Shown here one piece after another: positions 12,694-25,525 of a stretch of DNA of 64,000 bases (position 1 is its first letter; every line of letters begins with the position of its first letter). A model generated the notes under the pieces. The model did not search any database, was not told the origin of the DNA, and saw only the letters and a program-made list of their open reading frames with translations. The DNA comes from Pseudovirgaria hyperparasitica (Eukaryota): NCBI GenBank assembly GCA_010093815.1, contig ML996571.1. One strand, given 5' to 3'. The translations under genes were made by a program, and so were the position numbers.

Positions 12694-13821
12694 ATGGAAA
12701 GGAGCGACACTGAAGAGATGAATGCACAGGATCGGAAACGAAAGCAGAACAGAAAAGCGCAGAAGAGATATCGTAAGATTGTTCATTGATGGATCCGATG
12801 CGTAGCAAACTCATCAATTATGCAGGGCAAAAGATGAAGCATCGACTTGAAGAGCTGGAAAAGTGGAGAGAAGTGGCCGTGGCCACGACAGGCCAATACG
12901 TCGATCCTGTCTTTCACGAGGATACAAGCTTCATCTTTCCCGCTTCGCCGAGATTTGTCTGTAACCTGGAGATGCAAGCAGGTGGTTTGCCTCCTGTTGA
13001 TTATTCCAGTGCTTCTCTCTCCCCGGACCACCACCACCTATTTTCTACGAAGTCATTTGCTAGTACAGAAAACCCGCCGTTGAATGATCCCCAGAGAAAG
13101 CTGGCATGTCCCAGAGAGGACAATGGCATTCTTATGGTGGCTGACGATGAAAGTCATGAACATGCCCCGATCGTAGAAGATCCACAATCTCCTATCGTAG
13201 GTGAGGTCTTGGCTTGGTTTCATATATGTTAATACTAACTAATCTATGAGACAGAACTACAAACACTCGTCACCTGTAGCTGCATTATATGAGAGCACAA
13301 TGCGGCGTAATTCTGAGCCCTGTAAGGTCAATACGAGCACCAAGTCATGCTCTTGCATGCCGTCATCAGACCATGAAGTAGTGGAGAGATCGACGTCCAC
13401 TACTACTTGTGCTTCAGCAGGTGCCACTGCGCTTCATCTTGCGGTAGACATGGCTAGTACGCCCATTGTCACCGCATTATTGCGGAGACAAGTTGATGCA
13501 AATGTAAAGGATGCTCATGGACGAACCGCTCTACACCTCGCCGCTGGGAAACATGATGAAAGACTGACTCGTCTTCTATGTATAGCCTCGAGTTCTTGCA
13601 TAAACAGTCAGAACTATCTTGGCGATACTCCTCTGCATGTAGCAGTCGCCACTGGTGATCTCCAGAGCGTCAGAGTCCTGCTTTCTACCCCTGGAATTGT
13701 TGTCGATATCAAGAACAAGTCCGGGCGGACAGCTTTACACAATGCTGTGGTAGTGTCTAATGAAGAAACCATCGAAGCATTACTCGAGGCAGGGGCTAAT
13801 ATCCAGATTCATGTAGGCTAA
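12694..13821 (+). CDS. bZIP-basic-region + 4 ankyrin repeat (bANK, TOXE-like) transcription factor, 338 aa
   Basis: Exons 12694-12772, 12826-13196 and 13255-13821 join in frame (1017 nt). Basic region DRKRKQNRKAQKRYRQKMKHRLEELE. Ankyrin cores GATALHLAV, GRTALHLAA, GDTPLHVAV and GRTALHNAV. Confidence 0.88.
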
Positions 13822-13858
13822 GTTAGAAGTTACTAAGTAACAAACGTTGTCTCACCAC

Positions 13859-14400
13859 TTAAGTCATGTCAACGGAGTTGGCGACGCCCGGACTTTGCTC
13901 GAGGAAGGTCGAATCGATTCTACATAGTCCTTTGAGGGTATCACGGGGTACGATCGGCGGTAGAATTCCCTGCCAGAGATCAGTATTGTTTGATGCTTGC
14001 GCTCTCAGATCAGCCTCCTCCTCGTCTGAACAGGGCAGGGTACTCCAGCTATTGGCACTGGCCATTTGGACTTTATCTGAAGCAATAAGGGGTATTAGGT
14101 TAGCCAATGCTTGATGCTCTTGCATGCAAAAGCTAATGTGCAAGAGGCGTACTAAAGCAAGGTAGATGTACTTCAGGAGATCAGGATGATAGCGACAGTA
14201 TTATAGGCAGATAATAGAACATTCATACAGTTCAAAGTGAAGGAGGCGCTCCTCCTCCCTAAGAAAGCTGGCAAGTTATTGGTTAGGGCATCGGCCTATA
14301 CATCCAAGACTTCCGCTGAAATTTCGTAGACCGAGTTAGGGTTAGCAGTACGCTCGCCAAACTAGTATACCTGTCTCTGTATCTGTCACTCACATGTTGA
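13859..14400 (-). pseudogene. Possible decayed spliced gene of unknown function
   Basis: After a CTAAC...CAG acceptor (14268) the frame reads FLREEERLLHFELYECSIICL*YCRYHPDLLKYIYLALVRLLHISF... to 13859, with one TAA at 14201-14203. A GTGAGT donor lies upstream near 14393. Confidence 0.3.
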
Positions 14401-15185
14401 ATTACTTGCCCCTCAGGTCATCAATTCTACTGTTACCTTACTCCCCTATGGTAGATGCCTCAAGGTAATGCTTTATGATAAGTCCTCCATAAAGAGGTTA
14501 AGATAAGTTACGCCGCGAGTCTGCTAGCATGGGTCCTACGGACCAAAGTTAATGCAGTCAAGCCACGTTATAACGATACGAATACGACCACGATGAATGC
14601 ATCGTTATAACAGGAATGTCGTTGGAGCGGAATAACTTAATAGTAGAATCTCGATCTTATCTATAAGTATCAGACCAATATACCGAGAATATCACTATAA
14701 TGTATGTCGTAATAATCAGGTGTAGCTTTAGTAGTACGTTGTTTCCGATCACGTCAGGGTGTTGTTATATCTAGGTTGCTGCACAGTGATCTCATCAACA
14801 CATATACTTACTACTGTCATAGGATCTCACCTAATCTAATAGATCAGCTCACTTCGGCCAACGTAATAATATATCACTCGCCAATAGACTTGTTTAATTC
14901 GTTTGATAACAATGCTTTCACAATGCAGGTATTCTGCATAGCGTGTGATTGATCTAACTGACGTTTAATGTTTTTACCCCACTAGTCCGAACGCTCATGA
15001 AATCAAGGTATCGTTATCACAGCTTGCTGCATCGTCCTAGTGCAAACTAATGAGAACTCTAGTATATATGATCATGATATCACGTAAATATCTTGACTCA
15101 GTTCAAGGCTACTAACAGCTTGTGTAGAGGGACTCCTCGTTGGCAAACAATTAGTGCTAAGATAGAAACTTAGATATACGCCATA

Positions 15186-16156
15186 CTACTCCTTGAACTT
15201 TTCATGGAAAACATCCATAATAAACCGTATCTGTTCCTCTATGATTTCCGCAGACCGAGTATTAGTCAGAACATCGAAATGACCACTGTCTGGGGCCAAG
15301 ATCAAACGCTTAGGACATTTCAATTGTTCAAAATGCCGCTTTTGGCTTTCAACTGGGCATACTCGATCAAACTCTGGAACAATGAACATGGTAGGTGTCT
15401 GATCAAGATGCTTCCATGTGGGCCAAGGTGTCCACATCATCAGCTGATGGTAACTTTGAATGGTAGTCTTGTTGGGCCATCCCAGGGCTAGATCAAGGTG
15501 TGCCTGTGCAAACCGCGCAGCTTTGCCTACTTCCATCTCATTTCCAAAGGAGCAACCCGCCGGGTTGATACCATCGGTGTTTACTAGAGGGATCATGAAC
15601 GGTTCGTTGCCATTTATTTGGGACTCGCGATCCTGGAAGCATTTTTCGAGTACTTTGAGGAGCCTCTCCTCTGAGAACTGATAACCAGCTGCTGGACAAA
15701 TCGCTATGACGAATTTCGCACGTCTATCGAACGAAGCCGCACATAGAGTAGTTGCGCCTCCGAGCGACATGCCCCAGACACCAATGAAATTAGGGTCCAC
15801 TATGGGCAGGGACGCTAGATACGTTATGGCATCTGATATATCTTCGACTTGCTTGTATGGTTGGATGTGATTCCTCGGTTGTCCGTCACTTTCGCCAGTA
15901 GTTCGAGGGTCGTAAAGCAATGCCGTGATTCCTGCATCTTGAAATGCTCGAGCCAATTGTGTCTGGCCTAGCATCTCCTTAACACAGTTGAACTAGAGAT
16001 CTATTAGATCCACCCCAAACGAAAGTGGTGGGAAAATGATGCACTTACGCCTGTAGAGAGGACAACTCCTCCGCCCTTTTGTTGCGCCTCAAATAGGATC
16101 CCACGAAGCATGAGACCATCGATCGTTAGAAACTCTACCTTCTTTTCAGTTGCCAT
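15186..16156 (-). CDS. Trans-acting alpha/beta-hydrolase (polyketide thioesterase/transferase, Fma-AT/Bref-TH/DcsB-like), 304 aa
   Basis: Exons 16156-16049 and 15992-15186. Sequence MATEKKVEFLTIDGLMLRG...G|FNCVKEM, YDPRTTGESDGQPRN, nucleophile elbow GMSLGG, PEFD and a C-terminal GHF. Divergent from the PKS. Confidence 0.88.
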
Positions 16157-16291
16157 TGTGTTAAGTTCGAATAGACTAAGCAAGTTGTTGAGGGTCGAAT
16201 GTTAGCAGGATATCAACTTTCGAGTACTTTTAGAATGATCACGACACCTTAGACAAGATCTTTAGTTTCTCCGGGTTAGGTTTGTGAGAGT

Positions 16292-16375
16292 AGCTCACGT
16301 GAATATACGCTATCAAGTGAGCTCGTACCTGCATTAATGCCGTCATACAGCACTCTCACGTCAGCTGCGTGAGTT
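16292..16375. promoter_or_regulatory. Cluster of CTCACG motifs in the hydrolase/PKS bidirectional promoter
   Basis: CTCACG at 16294-16299 and 16355-16360, and inverted (CGTGAG) at 16368-16373. The last two form the imperfect palindrome CTCACG-TCAGCTG-CGTGAG. Confidence 0.45.
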
Positions 16376-16635
16376 GATTTTAGCTGTACGATCACAGATC
16401 TGGTTCACACAGACACAGATGGTACACTATATGATACAAAACGTGTATGAGAACTATACACAGACTAGATTTCATTGACTGCTCTCTGTCTGTGCCAGCT
16501 TCTGCCAACTCCTACTCCTCCTTTTCATGTATACGTCAATTGCACTCTCAACAACATTCTTGAAAGCCTAGCAGGAATCTGTCAACTCTGGTGCAGATCT
16601 CAGCGCATCGACGAGTTCGAAATCGATTTGAAAAG

Positions 16636-19600
16636 ATGTCATGGTTGATGTCAAACGGTGATGCTGGGCTTAGCTCGACTGTCACTCTTACATCTGAGAA
16701 TCCCATTAAAGTAGACGAACAGTGTGGGACAGCACTACCAATAGCTATTGTTGGATATGCTTGCCGTCTTCCCGGAAGCTGCCATACCCCTCGGGACTTC
16801 TGGCGCTTTCTTGAGAGAGGAGAAATTGCGAGCCTGGAGCCACCCAAATCAAGATTTCGACTTGACACTCACAATGACGGTACGAGGAGACACGGAACCA
16901 TGGCTACTCCTGGCGGTATGTTTCTGGATATTGATGGCGCCGATCTTGATGCCCAGTTCTTCAAGCTTCTGCAAAGCGATGCTATTAGTATGGATCCACA
17001 GCAGCGACAACTTCTAGAGGTGACCTACGAAGCGATGGAGAATTCCGGCGTGACCCTGGAAGCTATACGCCAACAGCCAATTGGCTGTTTCATGGCCTCA
17101 TATACAGGTGATTATGGGGACATACAGGCTCGGGACCCCGAAGATCGAGCACCTCACGCGCTACTCGGTATTGGTCGTGCTATGCTCAGCAACCGTATAA
17201 GTCATTTTCTGGACATCTCAGGCCCCAGTATGACGATAGATACCGCTTGTTCCGGCAGTCTTACCTGTGTGGACGTTGCTTGTCAGTATTTGAGATCTGG
17301 CCAGATAGAAGGCGCCATTGTCGGGGGGTGTAATCTATATCTTAACCCAGATCATGTCATTGGAACCCCACCATTGAGTGGGTTTTCATCTGGGACTGGG
17401 AGATGTCATACATTTGATATCAAAGCAGACGGCTACGTGAAAGCAGAAGGTGCTACTGTCATAATTTTGAAGCGTTTGGATGTCGCCATTAAAGACAGAG
17501 ACCCGATACGCGGTATTATCCGCGGAACGGCCTCGGGAAGTGATGGCTGGACAGTTGGTATCTCCAGCCCGAACTCATTAGCTCAGGCAGCAACAATTCG
17601 GAAGGCAGATGAAAATGCTCAGATCACGAACTTCAACGCGACAAGTTATCTGGAATGCCACGGAACAGGAACAAAGGCAGGTGACGTCATTGAGCTCACT
17701 GGAATTGGTTCAGTCTTCTCTCAACGTGATACACCTCTACACATTGGATCAAGCAAGGCAAATGTAGGCCACTCTGAGGCCTCTGCAGGCTTGACTGGAA
17801 TGATCAAGACCTTAATGGCAATTGAGCATGGAGTCATCCCTGGCAACCCTACCTTCATTGACCCCAATCCCGCAATTGATTTTCAAGCCCTTGGCGTGAA
17901 ACCATCTAGGTTCTCCATCAGATGGCCCGATGTTCCGTTCCGACGAGCCGGCATCAATTCGTTCGGGTATGGAGGCTCAAACGCGCATGTAATACTGGAT
18001 GAGGCATCTCCAGGACTTATCACATCCCACGTTCGCTCCTTTCTTATTGATGAGGATAATCAATTCGAGGATGTGAGACCGGCCTCTCGGCCATACATTA
18101 TTTTTGTTTCCGCCAACGACCAAGATTCTGCGCATAGTATCTGCTCCGCGCTGAGAAAGCATCTCTCAAACCCTGCTGTACGTGTTGAGTTACGAGATAT
18201 CGCTTACACACTCTCGGCTCGACGCAGTAAACATTACTATAGAGGGTATGCAATCGCCAAAAACCACATGTTTAAGGTTCAGGACTTCAGATTCGCCACG
18301 GCTTTACCGTCGCCCCCTCGCATTGGACTCGTCTTTACAGGGCAAGGTGCACAATGGAGCGAGATGGGCAAATCTCTCATCGAAACCTTTCCCGTGGCCA
18401 AGAAGTGTATACATGAGCTTGATGGTGTCCTCAGGACGCTGCCACACGGCCCGAGCTGGACTCTTTTGGGTAAGTATTTTTGGAACATTAAACGGTATTT
18501 CCTAGTTACTGACGAATGGGCGCTAGAGGAGTTGACAGAACCTCGTACGGCAGAGCATATGAGTCTTCCAGAATACTCGCAACCTTTGGTCACAGCGTTA
18601 CAACTTGCGCTCCTAGTCGTGCTAGAATCTTCTGGTGTCACTTATCAAGTGGTCGTAGGCCACTCGAGTGGTGAAATAGCGGCAGCTGTAGCAAGTGGTA
18701 ATCTGACAAGATCACAAGCAATCAAGATTGCCTTCTACCGAGGGCTAGTGGCCTCGAATAGTGAGTCGAATCAAGAAATCGGGATGCTTGCTGTGGGTAT
18801 GAGCTCCAAGCAAGCTCTCCAATATCTTCTGTCAACCAAACACGTCGAGATTGCTTGCTTTAACAGCCCATCGAGTGTCACACTCTCTGGAGACAAAAGA
18901 GAACTGGAAGATCTAGAGCGTCAGATAAAAACGGATGGATATTTTGCACGAATGCTAGTTGTCAAAGCTGCCTACCACTCGAGCTACATGGCACAACCAG
19001 CGACCAAGTATCAAATATTGATGGAGAAACACTGCGACTGGACTGGCTCCTCCTACAATACAGCAACGATGTTCTCTACTGTTACCGGTATGCCCATCTC
19101 GGACGAGCTCCGAAGGCCAAGCTACTGGGCCGACAACATGAGATCACCAGTTCTTTTCGACCAGGCAGCTCATATGGCCCTGCAGGAGACACCAGATATC
19201 CTGGTGGAGATAGGCCCAAGTGATGCTCTTGCTGGTCCATGTAAGCAGATCATGAAGTCCCTCAATCAGTCTATCCTATACTTCTCCTCATGGAAGAGGG
19301 GCGCTTTGGCCCTTACGACACTATGTGATCTTCTTGGGAACCTGGCCATACGTGGATGTAGCGTGAATCTTACCAAATTTAATGCCGACTCTGAAAGGAC
19401 TAAACCGCGTGTTGTGGTTGACCTTCCTAATTATGCTTGGAATCACACTACGAAATATTGGCACGAGAATGATTCTAGCAAGGACTGGAGATTCCGAAAA
19501 TTCCTCCATCATGATATCTTGGGCAGCAAAGTACTTGGAACGCCTTGGATGCAGCCAGTGTGGAGAAAGGTTATCAGATTGAAAGAATTACCTTGGCTGG

Positions 19601-22600
19601 AAGACCACAAGGTTAGTTTTGACATCTCTCGATATATATACCATCTACTGACTCTCAACTTAGATTGCCAATAACGTTGTGTTTCCAGCGGCTGGCTATA
19701 TCGCGATGGCTACTGAAGCCATGTTTCAATTGGGGAAGGCTACGGGCGTACTAGCAGACTCAACACAGATACGACAAGCGACATATCTATTGCGGAACAT
19801 CACAATTGAAAGAGCACTCATTCTTGATGTCCAAGGAGCACCGGCAAAAGTTACATTATCCTTGTCCCCTCTCCAAAGCAATAAAGAGCATTGGTACAAG
19901 CTTCGAATCTCAACTGTTGTTGATGATTTCCTCTTTGACCACTGCAAAGGCTTGATACGTATAATCGGGGATGTCACTAAGAGAGGCAGTGACGAGGAAA
20001 CAAGTCCTCTGGAGCATGCTGAGCCGGCTACAGTGTGGTATAAAGCTTTACAAAACAAAGGCTTTCAATATGGACCATTGTTTCAGACACAGCGTCACGT
20101 GGAGTCCAGAGAGGGCATACCACGAAGTCGGTCCACGATATCATTGGTACCTCCTGAATCTGATTTTGGTCAATCTGAGTATATCCTCCATCCAGCTTCT
20201 ATCGATGGATGTCTGCAGTTAGTGGCTCCGGCTCTATGGCATGGAGTGAAGAGTTTCACTAGCCCAGCCATTATACCCTCCAAAGTAGACGAAATCCTCA
20301 TACCTGCACAGGCTACCAGATCGAACACAGGTATAGCTGTGGCCGACACCAAATACATGGGGGTTGGTAGCCAAAGCGATCCAAGAGCACACAGGTCTAA
20401 TGTATCATTATATGATTCTGAGGGAGGTAGTCTCCTCTTTCGCATTACTGGATTAGAGGTACAAGCTCACTCTTCAACGGACACAACATCCTCCCAGCCT
20501 ATACAGCAATACTGTCGGTCTACGTGGCAACCAGATGTAACAACATTCTCTCGGGAGCAGCTTCGCAGTGTTTTGATCCGAAACAAATCGGACAATTCAC
20601 AAATATGTAAACCAACGTGGAGAACTATATACACATTGCTCGACCTTTTCGTGTTCCGGAATCCTGATCTTCAAGTCTTAGAGGTAGATACAAAAGGTGA
20701 ACACAACAGCCTTTGGATTGAACGTCAAGAAACTCAGCTCAACGTTCACTCGCAAAGCTGTTCTGTCACCTTGTCGGTGCCAGGGGATGCGTGGACCCGA
20801 ACGAGCAGTATCTACGAAAAATATCCTTCGGTTTCAGTGATTACAAGCGCAAACCCGGTCTCACCACTGATGTTACAGAAACAGTTTGATGTTATCATTC
20901 TTCGTTCGCCGCTCTCCACCGTAGATGCAACTTTTTTCTCAGATGAATGGGGTAAAATGCTGCGTGAGAACGGCATTTTCCTCCAAGTTGGGCAAATAGA
21001 CGACTCGAATCGCCCTCCTCATCACATTACAAATGGACATTCCTCTTTCGCGTCTTACAAAAACATGGAACTCAACTTTGAATCGATACATACTGATAGC
21101 AAAGTACAGAAGGAGTGCGCTCTTAAAATCGCTTTCAGAAATTCTCGAGCGCCACTGACAGACCGCAATATACACATCCTACAGCTTGCCCAATCGCAAG
21201 CAATAGTCGAGCCCGTAGCTGAAGCTCTGAAAAATCTGGGATGGAATATTAGTAGTTCACCGGCATCTGTCGAGTCATTGGAACCCAACAGCACAGTTCT
21301 CATACTCGATGAAATATTGAACAACCTCTTATTTGAGGTCAATGACGTACAATGGACTATTTTACAGCAACTGGTGTCCATGAATTGCAAAATACTCTGG
21401 GTAACGAGAAAAGCACAAATGAATGTCAAAAACCCATCAGCAGCATTAATTTGGGGCCTTTCTCGATCAATTAGACAAGAGAACCCTGAAAATGTGCTGA
21501 TGACCTTGGACGTTGAGTCAGTTTCTGATGAAACTACAGCCAGGGCAATCAGTGAGGTACTCCACAGGGTAAAGGTCTCAACGGGATCTATGGGTGCCGA
21601 CTGTGAGTTCGTGGAGAAAGACGGTATGCTGCATATTGAGAGGATAGTACAAGATGATGTCTTGGCGTCGTTCCAGAAGTGCCGTGAGGCTGGGATGGAA
21701 CTGACTGACCAGTCATTGTTTGACATTGACGCTTACGTCCGTCTCATCAGTAGTCGTGTTGGTACACTTGACAGTCTTTCTTGGGAGGAAGTGACACAAT
21801 GGCAAACACCACTCGCTGACAATGATGTGGAAGTTGACGTTCATGCTGTTGGACTAAACTTCAAAGTAAGTCATCATGTTCATCAAATCATTATCTAACC
21901 ACTTGTAGGATATCGCAATTGCCATGGGCATTGTCGCAGGAGATCAACGAATGCTTGGTCTTGAGGGCGCTGGTGTCATAAAAAAGATCGGCAAAGTAGT
22001 GTCAAATCTGCACGTCGGGCAAAGAGTTCTCCTTAACAAGAAAGGTACCCTGGCGAACAAATTGCGATGTGGTTCTTTCGGGGAAGCCTATCCCATACCG
22101 GACTGGCTGTCATTTGAGGCTGCAGCTTGCTGCAATGTTGTTTACAGCACGGTCATATACAGTCTTGTCGACCTTGCAGGGCTTCAGAGGGGACAGTCCG
22201 TCTTGATTCACTCAGCCGCAGGTGGCATCGGCCTAGCAGCTATCTCGTTTTGTAAGTATATTGGTGCGAACATGTACTGCACTGTTGGTAACAACGAGAA
22301 ACGGGCGTACCTGACAAAGCATCACGGGATCCCTGAGGACCATATATTTTCTTCTCGTTCGACTGACTTCACGAAAAGTCTCATGAAGATCACCAATTAC
22401 CGCGGGGTAGATTGTATACTAAACTCACTTTCCGGTGAGCTACTACATGAATCTTGGCGCTGCATTGCCACCTCAGGAACCTTCGTTGAGATTGGAAAAC
22501 GAGACATTTTGGACAAGAACCATTTGAGCATGGAGCCTTTTGGGCGGAATGCCTCATATCGCGCAGTGGATATGTCGAATGATTGCTTTAGACCAGAGAC

Positions 22601-24098
22601 GAGGCTCAGGTAGGGGAAATACAGCTATTTCGGACATGGCTGATGGGTTGCTACAGATTGATGACACAATGGCTCTCGCTTTTAGAGCAAGGTCTCATCG
22701 AAATACCGCCCATAACAAAGAGATTTGGATTCAACGACGTCCATGCCGCCTTCCGGCACATGAGAAGCGGAAATAACATTGGAAAGACTGTCTTAACACG
22801 CAATGAATCATTTGGAGATGTTCATGTACCGGTAAACTTTCCTGAACTCTTATGTTGTTTAGCTTGTTATCTAACAATTTCCAGATCCGGCCCGCTGTTC
22901 CAAGACTACCTCTCAACCCTGATGCCGCCTATCTCATAGTCGGAGGCCTGAAGGGCGTATGTGGTAGTCTATCGCTCTACCTTGCACGGGAGGGAGCCAA
23001 AAATCTTATAATTCTCTCCCGCACCAACTGCACAGACCAAGTCTCGCAGCGTGTAGTTGCAAATCTGAGATCTCTTAGAACGAACATTATACTAGTGAGA
23101 GGTGACGTTACGGTAAAGAAGGACGTAGTACGGGCCATCCGTTCGTCGCCTCTCCCTGTGGCAGGGGTAGTTCAAGGTGCCATGGTGCTTCAGGTAAGCG
23201 ATGCCATGTTTACGCATAATGGCTATGAAGGCTTACCCTCTCATAGGACAAGGTATATAGTACCATGACTAGTCGGGACTTTCATACCGCGGTGAGGCCC
23301 AAAGTTCAAGGATCGTGGAACATCCACGAAGCGCTACTTGAAACTGCATGTGTCGTCGATTTTTTCACCATGCTTTCGAGCATGACCGGCGTTTTTGGGG
23401 CGCCAGGGCAAGCCAACTATAGTGCCGCAAACGTATTCCTAGATGCGTTTGCCGCATATAGGACTGGTCTCGGTCTTGCAGCACACTCAATTGATCTGGG
23501 AATAATTGAAGGCGTCGGCACTTTCAACACAGAAGAGCGGGAAACCCAGTACCGCCGGTTTCTCTACCAAGGCTGGAGGTGCCTTGACCAGCGTGCGCTG
23601 TGCGACGTCCTCGCGCTTTCAATTTTCCAGCAAAGCAAGACTCCCATAAATGTGAATAGTGGGTCTCAGCTTATTACAGGGATTCCTATTCCCATCCCGG
23701 ATACTTTGCCAGCGCGGAACCATACACGCTTTAATGCCCTCACAGTAAAATTATCACAATCATTTCACAGTGCGGCAGTCAAGTCGGAAGACTCGCCTCT
23801 AGCGACACTTCGAGCTACGATAAATTCCCCCACTGCCTCGAACAATCGTACACTTCTTCTGGAATTGATTGTAACGCTTGCAAACGGAAAATTCAAGGAA
23901 TGTTTGGGACTTGAGGAGGCCCTCGATCCTGTGCGACCTCTTGCTTCGTATGGTATAGACTCCCTTGTCGCTGTAGAATTCTCCAACTGGAGTAAGATGG
24001 AATTGGGGATTGAGGTCACAACGGTGGAGATAATCGCGGCTCAAACTCTGACGTCGCTTTCGGAGACGATGTTAAAGAAGGCATTAGGGAAAGTATAG
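16636..24098 (+). CDS. Highly reducing iterative type I polyketide synthase, KS-AT-DH-pseudoMT-ER-KR-ACP
   Basis: KS: DTACS, HGTGT, GHSE. AT: GQGAQW, GHSSG, AYHS. DH: WLEDHK..VVFP, HPASIDGCLQ. ER: LIHSAAGGIG. KR: YLIVGG, VLQD, QANYSAAN. ACP: GIDSL. Six introns near 18470-18526, 19612-19663, 21865-21908, 22610-22657, 22832-22884 and 23194-23246. Confidence 0.95.
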
Positions 24099-24221
24099 TA
24101 TATTTTCTCTTATAGGGAGAGAACGTTGTATGGCTACAGAGTATACCACTCTACAGCATATTCCATCGATATTTTACAATCCTGCCCAAACATCGTCTGC
24201 ATATAGATGGGACTATTACTT

Positions 24222-25525
24222 TTACTGACGCCAATTAGCCATCCTAGAAATATCAAAGTCTTCGGCACTATTACGGGGTCTCATCCCTTGCTTCCTTTCC
24301 TTCTCCGTCTTATCTATCCCGAATTGCTCACGTAAGACCTTACGATCGCATCCTTTTATTGCAATCGCTACCTTCACGCGTCCACCCCAACTCATCATCA
24401 TGCCGTTCAGCGCCGAAGCAGCACGCTGTGCCTCCGAGGCAGAACCTAGATCCACCCAAGTATAGTAATGATTTTCCGGTGTACGGCGCGCGGTAGCCGA
24501 CGGCGAGATGATTTTGCTGATTGCTTGAACCGTAAATCCTCTAAACAGATCGCGTATTTCCAGATTCACGGCATCCTGGCGTGGCATTCGTGGGAGGCCA
24601 CCGACATAGACTCTGCGACCTTCGTCGACGGGCGCTATCCAGTGGACGGCTGCATCGGTACGTGCCCAGCGATCGAATGCGTAAGGACTCCCACTAGCAC
24701 TATCGACGTCTGCAGGAAGTGCGGTGAGATTCGAGTTTGATCTGGAATAGTCGTAACATGGGGTATCTGTGGGACCGTAGCGGGGGCGCTTGTTCTGCGC
24801 AGTGTTGCGGACGGACTCATTGGTCGAGGGAGACTTTTGATCATGTCCTGCTGGGATTCGCGTCGGAATCTCTTGCGGACGCCATTGATTGTATATGCGC
24901 GTCGGTGGTCTACGATCATTGGGATTACTGCGCTTTGGCTTGACAGTGTTGACCTTTATGTACCGGTTGAGGATACTCTCTGAGGAGAGTATGGTGAGGG
25001 CATGGGTAAGACTTCATTCGAGTCTGGTAAGTAAGAGGTTCTTAAGAAGTTGACTGGTATATCATCTAGCATAACAAGCTAGAGCAGGATTGATGAGCGA
25101 GACGAGACTTTCATGCCAACAACAGAAGGCATACTGATGTAATGTCATAGATCATGCTGTATAATGAAACGAATCGCGAGATTACTCAATACTCACTCTT
25201 CCGAAGTCTCCATATCAACGAAGCAGTAGCCTGGATTCCGACCTGTAAATGGATCCGTTGAGATGTCAATGTTTCTACTGCAAATTTAGTGAGCATCTAA
25301 ACATCCAGATAGGTGCCTCGGAAGACCTTACTAAGGCAGCTCGTGCCTTCCCAACAGTTCTTGGACATGCGTAACTTGGGCTCTATAAGGCATATTGCCA
25401 ATATACAATCGTCTTGAAAGATCAGGGCCATCATCTTCAAACCCAGCTGATTCATTCGAAGATGCCATGATGTGCTCAATTGAAGGTGGCCCCAGCAGGT
25501 GCGAATGCACATCAGCGTCGGTCAT
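24222..25525 (-). CDS. RNA-binding protein with two RRM domains
   Basis: RRM1: RRLYIGNMPY...DPFTGRNPGYCFVD. Linker PYAFDRWARTDA. RRM2: RRVYVGGLP...YTWVDL...AQRAASALNG. Two introns; the second is ~185 nt and its acceptor is uncertain. Confidence 0.85.

Noticed and set aside
14335..14346. TTAGGGTTAG telomere-like sequence (similar at ~16274 and ~47366)
   Set aside because: Under two units long; expected by chance or part of a branch-point sequence.
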